A stretch of 64,000 nt of DNA from Fimbriimonadales bacterium (GTDB lineage Bacteria > Armatimonadota > Fimbriimonadia > Fimbriimonadales > Fimbriimonadaceae), in the NCBI GenBank assembly GCA_038202925.1, contig JBBREM010000001.1, positions 3,509-67,508 on the forward strand. The letters run 5' to 3'. The position numbers and the translations under genes were made by a program. The notes below the pieces were generated by a model. That model made no database searches. It saw nothing but the letters and a program-made list of their open reading frames with translations, and was not told where the DNA came from. Shown here piece after piece: positions 54,418 through 62,726 of the stretch (within the stretch, counting starts at the first letter, position 1; each line of letters begins with the position of its first letter).

Positions 54418-55389
54418 ATGCCAATTTCATCCACCGCATCCTACCTATCGACTATGCAAGCCTTCATCGCCCACTGGTTGGCGGTGAACTCGCAGCTCGA
54501 CGACGACGGCCTGCCGCACATCGTGCTGCCGACGGCCTACACCGTCGCAACCTTGACCACGGACCGCGCCGACATCGCGGATGCGATTACCGCCGTACAG
54601 CCCGCGCTGAATCAACTCCAGGCGGCGGCGAACAATCGCAACAACAAGAAGGTGCCGCTGCGAGAGCGCATCCGTCAGTTCCGCGCCGCCGCCCAGAGCT
54701 ACCTCAAGGGCTCGCAGTACATCAACGCGCTTCCTCGCCTCCCCCGCTTCGACGCTTCGCCCGGGGACTTCACGAAAGCGCTGGACGACATGTCGAGCCT
54801 ATGGGCCACTATCAACGCCTTGCCGCCCCCCGGCTTTACGGCTCCGCTGAAGCTGATTGGCGCGTATACCCTGGCTAACTTCAACACCGAGGTCACCGCC
54901 ATGAAGGCCGCGTTCACGGCGTGGGATGCGGCGTATCAGAACGCGGCGATCGTGCGCGGGCAACGCGATATGTTGCTGCCGCCGGTCAAGCCCAGGCTCT
55001 CGCAGTACCGCCAGGCGGTGCTCGCCACTTTCCCGCCCGGCAACGCGCTCGTGCTCTCGCTTCCGGCCGTTCGTCCGCCTTCCGGCTCGACGCCGAAGGC
55101 GGTGCAGATATCCGGCCTGTGGAATGGCACGAGCAGCAAGGCGCATCTGGAGTGGACGGCCTCGGCCAATCCGAACCTTGACCACTACAGCATCCGCTCC
55201 TGCGATCCGCCCCGCTACCGCGCCGCCGACGAATCAGTGGTGGCCAGCGTCGCAGCGGGGACGACCGTGTTCGATACCGACGACGGCTTACTCGCGGCGG
55301 GCTCGGCGAAGATCTTCAAGGTCTACGTCGTGACCCACGACGACAACGAGAAGGGCAGCAACTCGGTGAAGATCACGCACCCGGAGTAG
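54418..55389 (+). CDS. hypothetical protein with a C-terminal FN3-like domain
   Basis: 323-aa ORF with a purine-rich RBS. Helical N-terminal region of about 215 aa, and a C-terminal region of about 95 aa with an FN3-like pattern (AVQISGLWNGTSSKAHLEWTAS...YSIRSC...FKVYVVTHDDNEKGSNS). Confidence 0.7.
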   Translation: MPISSTASYLSTMQAFIAHWLAVNSQLDDDGLPHIVLPTAYTVATLTTDRADIADAITAVQPALNQLQAAANNRNNKKVPLRERIRQFRAAAQSYLKGSQYINALPRLPRFDASPGDFTKALDDMSSLWATINALPPPGFTAPLKLIGAYTLANFNTEVTAMKAAFTAWDAAYQNAAIVRGQRDMLLPPVKPRLSQYRQAVLATFPPGNALVLSLPAVRPPSGSTPKAVQISGLWNGTSSKAHLEWTASANPNLDHYSIRSCDPPRYRAADESVVASVAAGTTVFDTDDGLLAAGSAKIFKVYVVTHDDNEKGSNSVKITHPE

Positions 55390-55395
55390 TATTTC

Positions 55396-55420
55396 TTCCC
55401 TCCCGCAGCGCGGGAGGGAA
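55396..55420. terminator. hairpin between convergent genes
   Basis: TTCCCTCCCGC-AGC-GCGGGAGGGAA, a perfect 11-bp stem, 7 nt after the stop at 55389 and 16 nt from the convergent stop at 55436. Weak T tract. Confidence 0.5.
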
Positions 55421-55435
55421 TCCTGTAATGGAGAA

Positions 55436-55792
55436 CTAGCCGGTCGTGGTGGCGGCACCCGTTGTCCCGGCCGTTCCGGCCGTACCCGCTGCTCCGGCAG
55501 CACCGTTCGCGCCATTTGCTCCATTAGCACCGGCGGCTCCTGGAGCTCCAGCTGGGCCGGGCGCTCCTGCCGGACCGGGCGTCCCCGGCACAGGAACGGG
55601 AACGATCGTAGGCGCCGTTGGAGTTGGCTGGCCCGGCGTCTGGACAATCGTCGTTGATGGGACGACCTCGGTTGTATGTGAGGGAGCCCACAAGGCAAAG
55701 TAGCCGATCACGAGCAACACGATGACGACCGCGATCACGACGAACACTGCGGTCATGGATCGGGCATCGGCTCTATCTTCTGAATAGGACAT
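55436..55792 (-). CDS. membrane-anchored protein with a collagen-like Gly-X-Y tail
   Basis: ATG 55792 has AGGAGG 8 nt upstream. One TM helix (AVFVVIAVVIVLLVIGYFAL), a Pro/Thr linker, then 16 uninterrupted G-X-Y triplets (GTPGPAGAPGPAGAPGAAGANGANGANGAAGAAGTAGTAGTTGAATTTG). Confidence 0.55.
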   Translation of the reverse strand: MSYSEDRADARSMTAVFVVIAVVIVLLVIGYFALWAPSHTTEVVPSTTIVQTPGQPTPTAPTIVPVPVPGTPGPAGAPGPAGAPGAAGANGANGANGAAGAAGTAGTAGTTGAATTTG

Positions 55793-56188
55793 GGTCTCTA
55801 CCTCCTGGTAGTTAGCGAAATTGGGAAGCAAGTAGCGCCCTGTTATGGACGCTCCGGTTGCTTAGAGCGACTCTCGTATCGCTCTGGCAATACTAGACCA
55901 ACAGTAATCATCCGGTGTTCCGGGTCGGCTGCGCTGCGCTAGGGCCGGCCGCTGCCGGGCACGCTCCCCCTTTCCCCTCCCATCAAGGAGGGGATGCTAG
56001 GCCGAGCGGTGCAAGTACAGGAGCCGCCGCTGGGCGCTCCCCAGGTTTCCCCGTCAGCTAAGAGCTTGTCTTAGTTTTTACTGACAGACAAAAAAACATC
56101 GCCCTCTCGGGATCAATTCGATGCCGCTCGAAGCCTTACTCGATAGCCTTGCTCTTGGCTGGGCTTATTTTTTGGAGAGGAGATAGCA

Positions 56189-56929
56189 ATGAAAGCAGCA
56201 CGATTGGCATTACTGTCCGCATTCAGCGCGGGCTCGATTATCAGCGCGAACGCCCAGTTCGTTTTCGACAACTTTATGGAGGGGCCAGACAGCCTCACCG
56301 TAAACACGCCTACCGGATTCATCGAAGGCCAGGAGTCCGGTTTTTTGATCGCGGGCCAGCAGCGGGACGTACTCCTGCAAGCGCTCGGCCAAGCTTTTGG
56401 GCAGGTCAGCACCTTTAACGTTAGCGGCAGCGCGACTCAGGGAGCTTCGTTCCTGAATAACGGAACCGGTTCAAACGCATTCGTCCAACTCGATTACGAC
56501 GGCTTCGATGTCGAAGGCAACAACGGCGTTCAGACCGCGGGGCCGAATGAGCTGAACCTGAACCTGTCCACATCTGGACAATTCAATTTCGCGTTTCTGG
56601 CATCCGACAGCCCCGTGAAGATTGACGTCACCGCCTATACGGGCACGACTGCGTTCTCGACGGGCACGATCACGACGTCTCCGGCGAACTTCACGACGCC
56701 GACGACGTTCAGCATCGCGTTCTCGTCGTTGACGCCGGGCGTGGGTTCGACCGGAGCCTTCAACAGCGCCGATCTGGACCGCCTTGTCGTCCGCTTCACA
56801 CCTGTGAACGCGGGTGGCGACTTTGCACTCTCGTCGATCTCAGCCTCCCCGGTGCCGGAGCCGGCCAGCTTCGCCGCCGTCGGGATCGGCCTGATCGGCC
56901 TCACGCGCCGACGCCGAAATCGGAAGTAG
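56189..56929 (+). CDS. PEP-CTERM sorting-domain protein
   Basis: Signal peptide (MKAARLALLSAFSAGSIISANA) and a C-terminal VPEPASFAAVGIGLIGLTRRRRNRK motif. Confidence 0.85.
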   Translation: MKAARLALLSAFSAGSIISANAQFVFDNFMEGPDSLTVNTPTGFIEGQESGFLIAGQQRDVLLQALGQAFGQVSTFNVSGSATQGASFLNNGTGSNAFVQLDYDGFDVEGNNGVQTAGPNELNLNLSTSGQFNFAFLASDSPVKIDVTAYTGTTAFSTGTITTSPANFTTPTTFSIAFSSLTPGVGSTGAFNSADLDRLVVRFTPVNAGGDFALSSISASPVPEPASFAAVGIGLIGLTRRRRNRK

Positions 56930-56943
56930 CAGCGGCTGATCAG

Positions 56944-56993
56944 GGGTGAATAGGTGAGGGGATTGTGTTCGATCCGCCCTCACCTATTCACCC
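56944..56993 (+). terminator. 17-bp perfect inverted repeat downstream of the PEP-CTERM gene
   Basis: GGGTGAATAGGTGAGGG, 16-nt loop, CCCTCACCTATTCACCC, followed by ATTTACTTATT. Confidence 0.5.
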
Positions 56994-57096
56994 ATTTACT
57001 TATTCACCCCCAATCTGTGTCACATTAAAAACTCACGTGGTGGAAAACCCGCAGCATCTTAGGGGATCAAACGACCATCCAGGCGATCTCGCCGAC

Positions 57097-58662
57097 ATGT
57101 GCTGGCCCCTTGCTGAGCGCTCGCCGCAGCCGATGCTTGCGGTGGATGGGAGCCACCTCGTTCGCTACGCCAACCCTGCCTTTTACCGTCTCCTCGGCAA
57201 ACAGGAAGACGAGGTGCTGGGACTCCGGTACGACGAGGTCGTGCCCAGCATTGTGGGGGTCGTTTCATCAAGTCTGATTGACCGCGTCTTTGAAACAGGG
57301 AACCAGGAGCAGCAGACCGAAAAGGGCCGCCCTGGCGGCATCGTGGGCGTGCCGGGTTCCAACTGGCTCCTTTCGATGTGGGCCGTCCCCGATGAACAGC
57401 CTCTCGGAGTGATGATCCACGTAACGGACCTGGCGATCTCCGAGGCATTGCTCCAGGAATCGACGACGATCAACGAAGCGCTGCTGCTGTCGGCGATTCG
57501 GGAGCACGAACTCGCCGGCGCGCTGGCCGAGAGCGAAGAACGCTATCGCGCACTGTATGGAGCGCTCCCAGTCGCGGCATTCCTTTGCGACTGCAACGCG
57601 GTAATTCAGAACTACAATCCGCGGGCGGCGGAACTGTGGGGTCGCGAGCCGCTGATCGGAGTCGAGCGCCATTGCGGCTCGCTGAACTTGTATCTGATGG
57701 ACGGCACGCCAATGCCGCATTCGCAGAGCCCGATTATGTCGGTGTTGCGCACGGGACTGGCGGTGAGGAATGTCGAGGTGTTGATGGATCGGCCCGACGG
57801 CACGCGCATTCCCGTGACGGTCAATTTTTCCGCCCTCAGAGACCCCGTGGGCGAAATCGTGGGTGCGGTCACTTCATTCGATGACATATCCGAGCGCATC
57901 GAAGCCGAACGGGCCATGCTCCAAGCACAGGCTGAACTGACGGAACTGGCGGCGGTGCTCGAGGAGCGTGTCCAGGAGCGAACAGCTGAACTCATGTTTT
58001 CTAACGATGAACTGGAAGGCTTCACGTACTCGGTCGCCCACGACCTGCGGCAGCAGATTCGCGGCGTCAGCATCAACGCCGCGATTGTTCTCGCCGATGC
58101 CGGCGAAGTTTTGGATGCTCAGAACCGAGACCTTCTGAGGCGTTTGGAGCAATCGGCCAAGCAGCTCGGCAAGCTGGTGGACGACTTGTTGGGCTACGCC
58201 AGGCTCGCGCGGCTGGAGCCGGAGAAGAAGCCGTTTGATCTAAGCGAACTTGCTCGCGAGGTGAGTCGCCAGGTCGTCGATAGGGAATATTGCAGTTCCA
58301 AGACCCAATTTTCGGTCGCTCCCGGCCTCACCGCCCGCGGCGATCCTACGATGGTGAAATTCGCGCTGGAGAACCTGATCGACAATGCCTGCAAGTATTC
58401 AGCGTTGACGGCCGAGCCTCTGGTAGAGGTCGGCCAGGACGAGCAGGGCTTTTTTGTTCGGGATAACGGAATCGGCTTTGACATGGCCTACGTGCACAAG
58501 CTCTTCCAGCCGTTCGAGCGGCTATTGCGAGGCAACGACTACCCTGGGACGGGCATCGGCTTGGCGAACGTCAAGCGCATCGTCGAAAAGCACGGCGGCC
58601 GCGTCTGGGCCGACAGCGAACCCGGCGAGGGCTCGACCTTCCACTTCACGCTCGCTGGGTGA
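57097..58662 (+). CDS. PAS-domain sensor histidine kinase
   Basis: Two PAS-like regions, HisKA (FTYSVAHDLRQQIRG) and HATPase_c (DNGIGFD, GTGIGLANVKRIVEKHGGRVW). ATG 57097 was chosen because the ORF-track start lies inside the upstream hairpin. Confidence 0.8.
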   Translation: MCWPLAERSPQPMLAVDGSHLVRYANPAFYRLLGKQEDEVLGLRYDEVVPSIVGVVSSSLIDRVFETGNQEQQTEKGRPGGIVGVPGSNWLLSMWAVPDEQPLGVMIHVTDLAISEALLQESTTINEALLLSAIREHELAGALAESEERYRALYGALPVAAFLCDCNAVIQNYNPRAAELWGREPLIGVERHCGSLNLYLMDGTPMPHSQSPIMSVLRTGLAVRNVEVLMDRPDGTRIPVTVNFSALRDPVGEIVGAVTSFDDISERIEAERAMLQAQAELTELAAVLEERVQERTAELMFSNDELEGFTYSVAHDLRQQIRGVSINAAIVLADAGEVLDAQNRDLLRRLEQSAKQLGKLVDDLLGYARLARLEPEKKPFDLSELAREVSRQVVDREYCSSKTQFSVAPGLTARGDPTMVKFALENLIDNACKYSALTAEPLVEVGQDEQGFFVRDNGIGFDMAYVHKLFQPFERLLRGNDYPGTGIGLANVKRIVEKHGGRVWADSEPGEGSTFHFTLAG

Positions 58663-58704
58663 GCCAGACTACACTGGCTAATTCCCAGTACAACAATCAT
58701 CGGT

Positions 58705-58820
58705 TTGTCATCCTGGAACTGCGCGAGTGGAGGGATTTGACCCTGGGCGGCTCGGTTGTGGACTGCCGCGCATGTACGGTTAGATCCTTTCAGTTCGCCG
58801 GCTCACTTTCAGGATGACAA
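58705..58820. mobile_element. MITE-like element (family C, copy 2, shorter)
   Basis: TTTGTCATCCTGGAACTGCGCGAG ... AGATCCTTTCAGTTCGCCGGCTCACTTTCAGGATGACAA. Confidence 0.75.
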
Positions 58821-58834
58821 TTCTCGTCCGCGGC

Positions 58835-59737
58835 TTAGATGCCGGCGTAGTCCGAATAGCGCTGAAACAGATTGTGCGCGGCGGGATAGCAAGAGTTGGG
58901 CGACATGAAGTGCGGGAACTCGAAGGTGATGATCTTCTCCGCCACCTTGGATGCGGCTTCGAGCTTGAAGCGGAGATAGCGCCAATCGGCGGGCGGGAAT
59001 TTGATCGGCATGTCGCGGTCGAAGGTTTCGAGGTTCGACCAGATCGTCACGCCGTGTTTCTTGCCGAGCGCTCCGATGCCGCTTATGAAGCGGGGCAGCT
59101 CTTGGTAGTGGATCTGCCCGTCTTGGAAGGCGCAGATGTCGAACGCGCCGCGCGTCTCGGCGAAGATGCGGTCCCAGTGGTCGAAGGAGTCGTCCAGCGA
59201 CATCACGCCGCCTCCGCCTTGCTTCGCACCTTGGGGGTAGGGAGAGATGAGGACAGGGCGGTCGAGGGTTTGCTTGCAATGGCCGCCGATCTGATTGAAG
59301 AGCTCAATGATGTGGGCGTCGTTCTTGCTGGTTTCGTGGGTGAGGTACCAGCCCTTGAACGAAGGGTGATGGCCGTAGCGCCCGACAACCTCGTCGATGA
59401 AGGCCTTGTTGAGATCGACCTCCTTCCACCAGGTGCGCTGCCACCAGAAGTGGCCCGAGTCGTAGGTGCCGAAGTAGAGGTTGAGGTTGAGCTCGTCGGC
59501 GAGGCATAGGAAGATTTCGCCGAGATCCTCATAGACCGGCAGTAGGTCGGGGATCGAGCGGGCGGGGAAGATGCATTTGTTCTGATATCCGGCGCGGATG
59601 ACGATGACGGTGTCGATGCCGATCTGGGTGTAAAGCTCGAACTCCTTGCGCCAGTCGGCGGCGCTCCAGTTCTGGCTCGGGATGTCGTGGGTGATCTCGT
59701 CCAGGAAGGTGCCGGTGATGCGGGGGGAGGTGGGCAT
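58835..59737 (-). CDS. DUF4434 domain protein (glycoside-hydrolase-like TIM barrel)
   Basis: ITGTFLDEITHDIPSQNWSAADWRKEF...GIDTVIVIRAGY matches the DUF4434 N-terminal signature. Confidence 0.8.
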   Translation of the reverse strand: MPTSPRITGTFLDEITHDIPSQNWSAADWRKEFELYTQIGIDTVIVIRAGYQNKCIFPARSIPDLLPVYEDLGEIFLCLADELNLNLYFGTYDSGHFWWQRTWWKEVDLNKAFIDEVVGRYGHHPSFKGWYLTHETSKNDAHIIELFNQIGGHCKQTLDRPVLISPYPQGAKQGGGGVMSLDDSFDHWDRIFAETRGAFDICAFQDGQIHYQELPRFISGIGALGKKHGVTIWSNLETFDRDMPIKFPPADWRYLRFKLEAASKVAEKIITFEFPHFMSPNSCYPAAHNLFQRYSDYAGI

Positions 59738-59778
59738 GGAAGTGTTGCGGTATTGGGTATTGGGTGTTCGGCGTGGGT

Positions 59779-60273
59779 TTATTCTCTGCCCATGATTTGC
59801 TCTCGGTAGCGCTTGTAGCTATCGGTCTGCTCCACATTGAGTCCCAGGGCTGAGGCGACGGAGTAGGTTCGCTTCTCGATCCACAGGAGCCGGCGGCCGG
59901 ACATGAGCCTCGCCCAGCGGCCGCTGTTCCAGAGGACGGTCGCGCGGTAGATGCGCCAGGGCCGTAGGGGGACGTCCGGGCTTTTCGCCGCCTTGTGGTT
60001 GACCGAGAGTTTGATGCTGCGGAGTTGGTGGGCGGGGTGGATGTGCTTGGCGAGGACGGGCCAGATTCCGGTGATAGTCACGAGGTGCCGCTCATCTTCG
60101 TTTACGACGATCTTGCGCACGTAGAGCGCCATCAGCAGGCCAATGCCGCCCATCACCCAGCCGGGGTACCAGATCCATCCGCGCTGCCAGCATAGGGCGG
60201 CGGCGAGCAGGAGCAGCAGGGTGCCGATGAGCCGGATGCTCTGATAAGGCCGAAACACGCGCGTGAAGAACAT
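59779..60273 (-). CDS. hypothetical two-TM membrane protein
   Basis: 164-aa ORF with two N-terminal hydrophobic helices and a soluble basic C-terminal domain. No family recognised. Confidence 0.5.
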   Translation of the reverse strand: MFFTRVFRPYQSIRLIGTLLLLLAAALCWQRGWIWYPGWVMGGIGLLMALYVRKIVVNEDERHLVTITGIWPVLAKHIHPAHQLRSIKLSVNHKAAKSPDVPLRPWRIYRATVLWNSGRWARLMSGRRLLWIEKRTYSVASALGLNVEQTDSYKRYREQIMGRE

Positions 60274-60313
60274 CCGACCGGGAGCATATCATGGCTGGGT
60301 GTTGGGGTACATC

Positions 60314-60396
60314 GTGATTCGTGATTCGTGGATCGTGATTCCAAAGTCCAAATTCCAAATTCCAAATTCCAAATTCCAAATTCCAAATTCCAAATT
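60314..60396. repeat. two adjacent heptanucleotide tandem arrays
   Basis: GTGATTC GTGATTC GTGGATC GTGATTC (60314-60341), CAAAGT, then CCAAATT x7 (60348-60396), ending one nt before the recX GTG. Confidence 0.9.
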
Positions 60397-60397
60397 C

Positions 60398-60835
60398 GTG
60401 AACGCCCTCAGTCAAGCCCTCAAGCTCCTCGCGGTGCGCCCGTACTTCTCGTTGGAGCTGCGCGAGAAGCTGCTCGCTGCCGGGTTTTCGGATGGGGACG
60501 TAGAAGAGGTTGTAAACTTCTTGCGGGGGCGGAAGCTCCTGAATGACGACAACACGACTCAAAGCCTTATCGATCGCCGGTCCGGGAAGCGAGCGGTGGG
60601 GACAGAAAAATTGCGCGCCGAGCTGGAAAAGCGCGGCGCATCGGAAGACATAGCGGAGCAACTGCTGGCGGTGGCGAGCGAATCCGAACGCGCGCTCGAT
60701 GCCTTGCGCGGCAAGTTCAAGCTGGGCGCGGACAGGGCGAAAGCCGGCCGCTTCCTTGTTGGCCGGGGGTTCGCCGAAGAGGCGATCGAGACGGCGCTTG
60801 GCGAGTTTTGCGGAGACGAGACCTTCCCGGAATGA
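60398..60835 (+). CDS. recX: recombination regulator RecX
   Basis: Three-helix repeats typical of RecX (ALKLLAVRPYFSLELREKLLAAGF...VVNFLRGRKLLND...). The first start after the repeats is GTG 60398. The frame stays open upstream to GTG 60263. Confidence 0.8.
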   Translation: MNALSQALKLLAVRPYFSLELREKLLAAGFSDGDVEEVVNFLRGRKLLNDDNTTQSLIDRRSGKRAVGTEKLRAELEKRGASEDIAEQLLAVASESERALDALRGKFKLGADRAKAGRFLVGRGFAEEAIETALGEFCGDETFPE

Positions 60836-60844
60836 AGGTGAACC

Positions 60845-62389
60845 ATGGCGGATATCCTGATTGCCCTGCTTTCGGGCGGAGGAATTGCCGCGCTGGCGGT
60901 GGCTGGGCTGTACGGGCTCTGGTTGCGCTCCAGCTTGAAAGCAGCGCGCCGTAAGCGCGAGGAGGCGGCTTTTCTGCAGCACAAGCTGGAGAAAGAAGCC
61001 GAGTTTCGCCTGAATGAGGCGAACCTCGTTGCGAAGGAAGAGGCGTTGCGGCTGCGCGAAAAGACCGAAGAAGAGCTGCGCGAAAAGCAGCTCAATCTTG
61101 CGCGCCAGCAGGACAAGCTGGCGGCTCGCGACGACTCGTTGGAGAAGCGGCGGACCCAGATCGAAGATCGTGAACAGACACTGCTCGCCGACCAACGCCG
61201 CCTCCAGGAGCGGATGGAGGACATCGAGCGGCGCGGCATGCAGATCGACCAGGAGCTTCAGCGCGTTGGCAAGTTGAAGCGCGAGGATGCGCGTGAACTG
61301 GTGATCCAGCGCGTGGAGGATGAGGCGCGGGAGGCAGCGGTGCGGCGGGCGAAGCAGATCGAGGCAGAGGCCGTCCAGGAGGCCGAGCGGCGGGCGCGGA
61401 AGATCGTGCTGGATACGATCGAGCGGTCGGTGGTCGACTACGTGACGGAGGCGACGGTCGCGGTGATCGAGCTGCCGAGCGAGGACATGAAGGGCCGGAT
61501 CATCGGGCGCGAGGGGCGGAATATTCGCGCGTTCGAGCAGGTGACCGGCGTCGATCTGATCATCGACGAGACCCCGGAGGCCGTGGTGATTTCGAGTTTC
61601 GATCCGGTGCGGCGAGAGACGGCGCGGCTGACCCTGATGAACCTGATGATCGACGGGCGGATCCATCCGAGCCGGATCGAGGAACTGCACGAGAAAGCGC
61701 AGGCCGAGGTTGAGCGCACGATCCGCGAGGCAGGAGAACGAGCTGCCGAGCGCGCGAATGTGCACAGCTTGGGACCGCGAGTGATCGAGACGATTGGGCG
61801 GCTGCGGTTCCGCACGAGCTACGCTCAGAACGTGCTCGACCACTCGGTCGAGGTGTCGCGGCTGGCTGCGATGCTCGCCTCGGAGCTGGGGTTGAATGTC
61901 GAGATTGCGAAGCGGGCGGGATTCTTGCACGACATCGGCAAGGCTTTGGGGCCGGAATGGGAAGGGCCGCACGCGATCACGGGGATGGAATATTTGCGCG
62001 GCATGGATGAGAAGGAGACGGTGCTGCACGCGGTGGGGGCCCATCACCATGAGATCGAGCCTTCATCTCCGGAGGCCACGCTCGTCATCGTCGCGGACAC
62101 AATCTCGGCGGCGCGGCCGGGTGCGAGGCGCGAGAATTTGGAGAACTACATCAAGCGCCTTACCGCGTTGGAGGGGTTGGCGAACAGCTTCCCCGGTGTG
62201 GAGCGGTCGTATGCGGTGCAAGCGGGGCGGGAGATACGATTGATCGTGAGACCGCAAGAAATCGACGACCTTGCCGCGACGCGGCTGGCCAACGATGTGG
62301 CGAAGCGCATTGAGAATGAGCTGGAGTATCCGGGGCAGATCAAGGTGACGGTCATCCGCGAGACGCGCGTGCAGCAGGTGGCGAAGTGA
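60845..62389 (+). CDS. rny: ribonuclease Y
   Basis: N-terminal TM helix, long coiled coil, KH domain (GRIIGREGRNIRAFE) and HD domain (HSVEV...FLHDIGKA). Confidence 0.95.
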   Translation: MADILIALLSGGGIAALAVAGLYGLWLRSSLKAARRKREEAAFLQHKLEKEAEFRLNEANLVAKEEALRLREKTEEELREKQLNLARQQDKLAARDDSLEKRRTQIEDREQTLLADQRRLQERMEDIERRGMQIDQELQRVGKLKREDARELVIQRVEDEAREAAVRRAKQIEAEAVQEAERRARKIVLDTIERSVVDYVTEATVAVIELPSEDMKGRIIGREGRNIRAFEQVTGVDLIIDETPEAVVISSFDPVRRETARLTLMNLMIDGRIHPSRIEELHEKAQAEVERTIREAGERAAERANVHSLGPRVIETIGRLRFRTSYAQNVLDHSVEVSRLAAMLASELGLNVEIAKRAGFLHDIGKALGPEWEGPHAITGMEYLRGMDEKETVLHAVGAHHHEIEPSSPEATLVIVADTISAARPGARRENLENYIKRLTALEGLANSFPGVERSYAVQAGREIRLIVRPQEIDDLAATRLANDVAKRIENELEYPGQIKVTVIRETRVQQVAK

Positions 62390-62403
62390 GACCGGCCTTC
62401 AGT

Positions 62404-62532
62404 ATTGTCATCCTGGAACGGTGCGAGGCACGAGCGCGAGTGAAAGGACCTGACCCGGGTCCCGCTTACTTGTTCGCAGGGCGTGCCTACCGGCAGATCC
62501 TTCCAGTTCGCAAGCTCACTTCCAGGATGACA
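62404..62532. mobile_element. MITE-like element (family C, copy 3)
   Basis: TTGTCATCCTGGAACGGTGCGAGGCACGAGCGCGAGTG ... CAGATCCTTCCAGTTCGCAAGCTCACTTCCAGGATGACAA. Confidence 0.75.
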
Positions 62533-62542
62533 AATTATGGGT

Positions 62543-62630
62543 TGTCATTCCGAGCGCAGCCGAGGAATCGAACTGCGGATCACTCTATAAGTCAACCGCT
62601 ATCTCGATCCCTCGGCTTCGCTCGAGATGA
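62543..62630. mobile_element. second MITE-like element with GTCAT(T/C)(C/T)CGAGCG(C/A)AGCCGAGG(A/G)ATCG inverted ends
   Basis: The left end GTCATTCCGAGCGCAGCCGAGGAATCG and the right end GATCCCTCGGCTTCGCTCGAGATGAC are imperfect reverse complements. The right end is a family A arm. Confidence 0.7.
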
Positions 62631-62726
62631 CAGCTATAAGTTAGCGGTCAAGGGCTCCTTGCAATCCGCTGCAGAGATCCTTCCCAAGCTCAGGGCGACA
62701 ACTGTGACAACCGGGTGGCGACTGCT

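Noticed and set aside
60092-62050. 652-aa minus-strand ORF spanning recX and rny
   Set aside because: It is antisense to two well-supported genes. Its composition is Arg/Pro/Leu/His-rich and low-complexity, typical of shadow ORFs in GC-rich DNA, and it has no recognisable motif.
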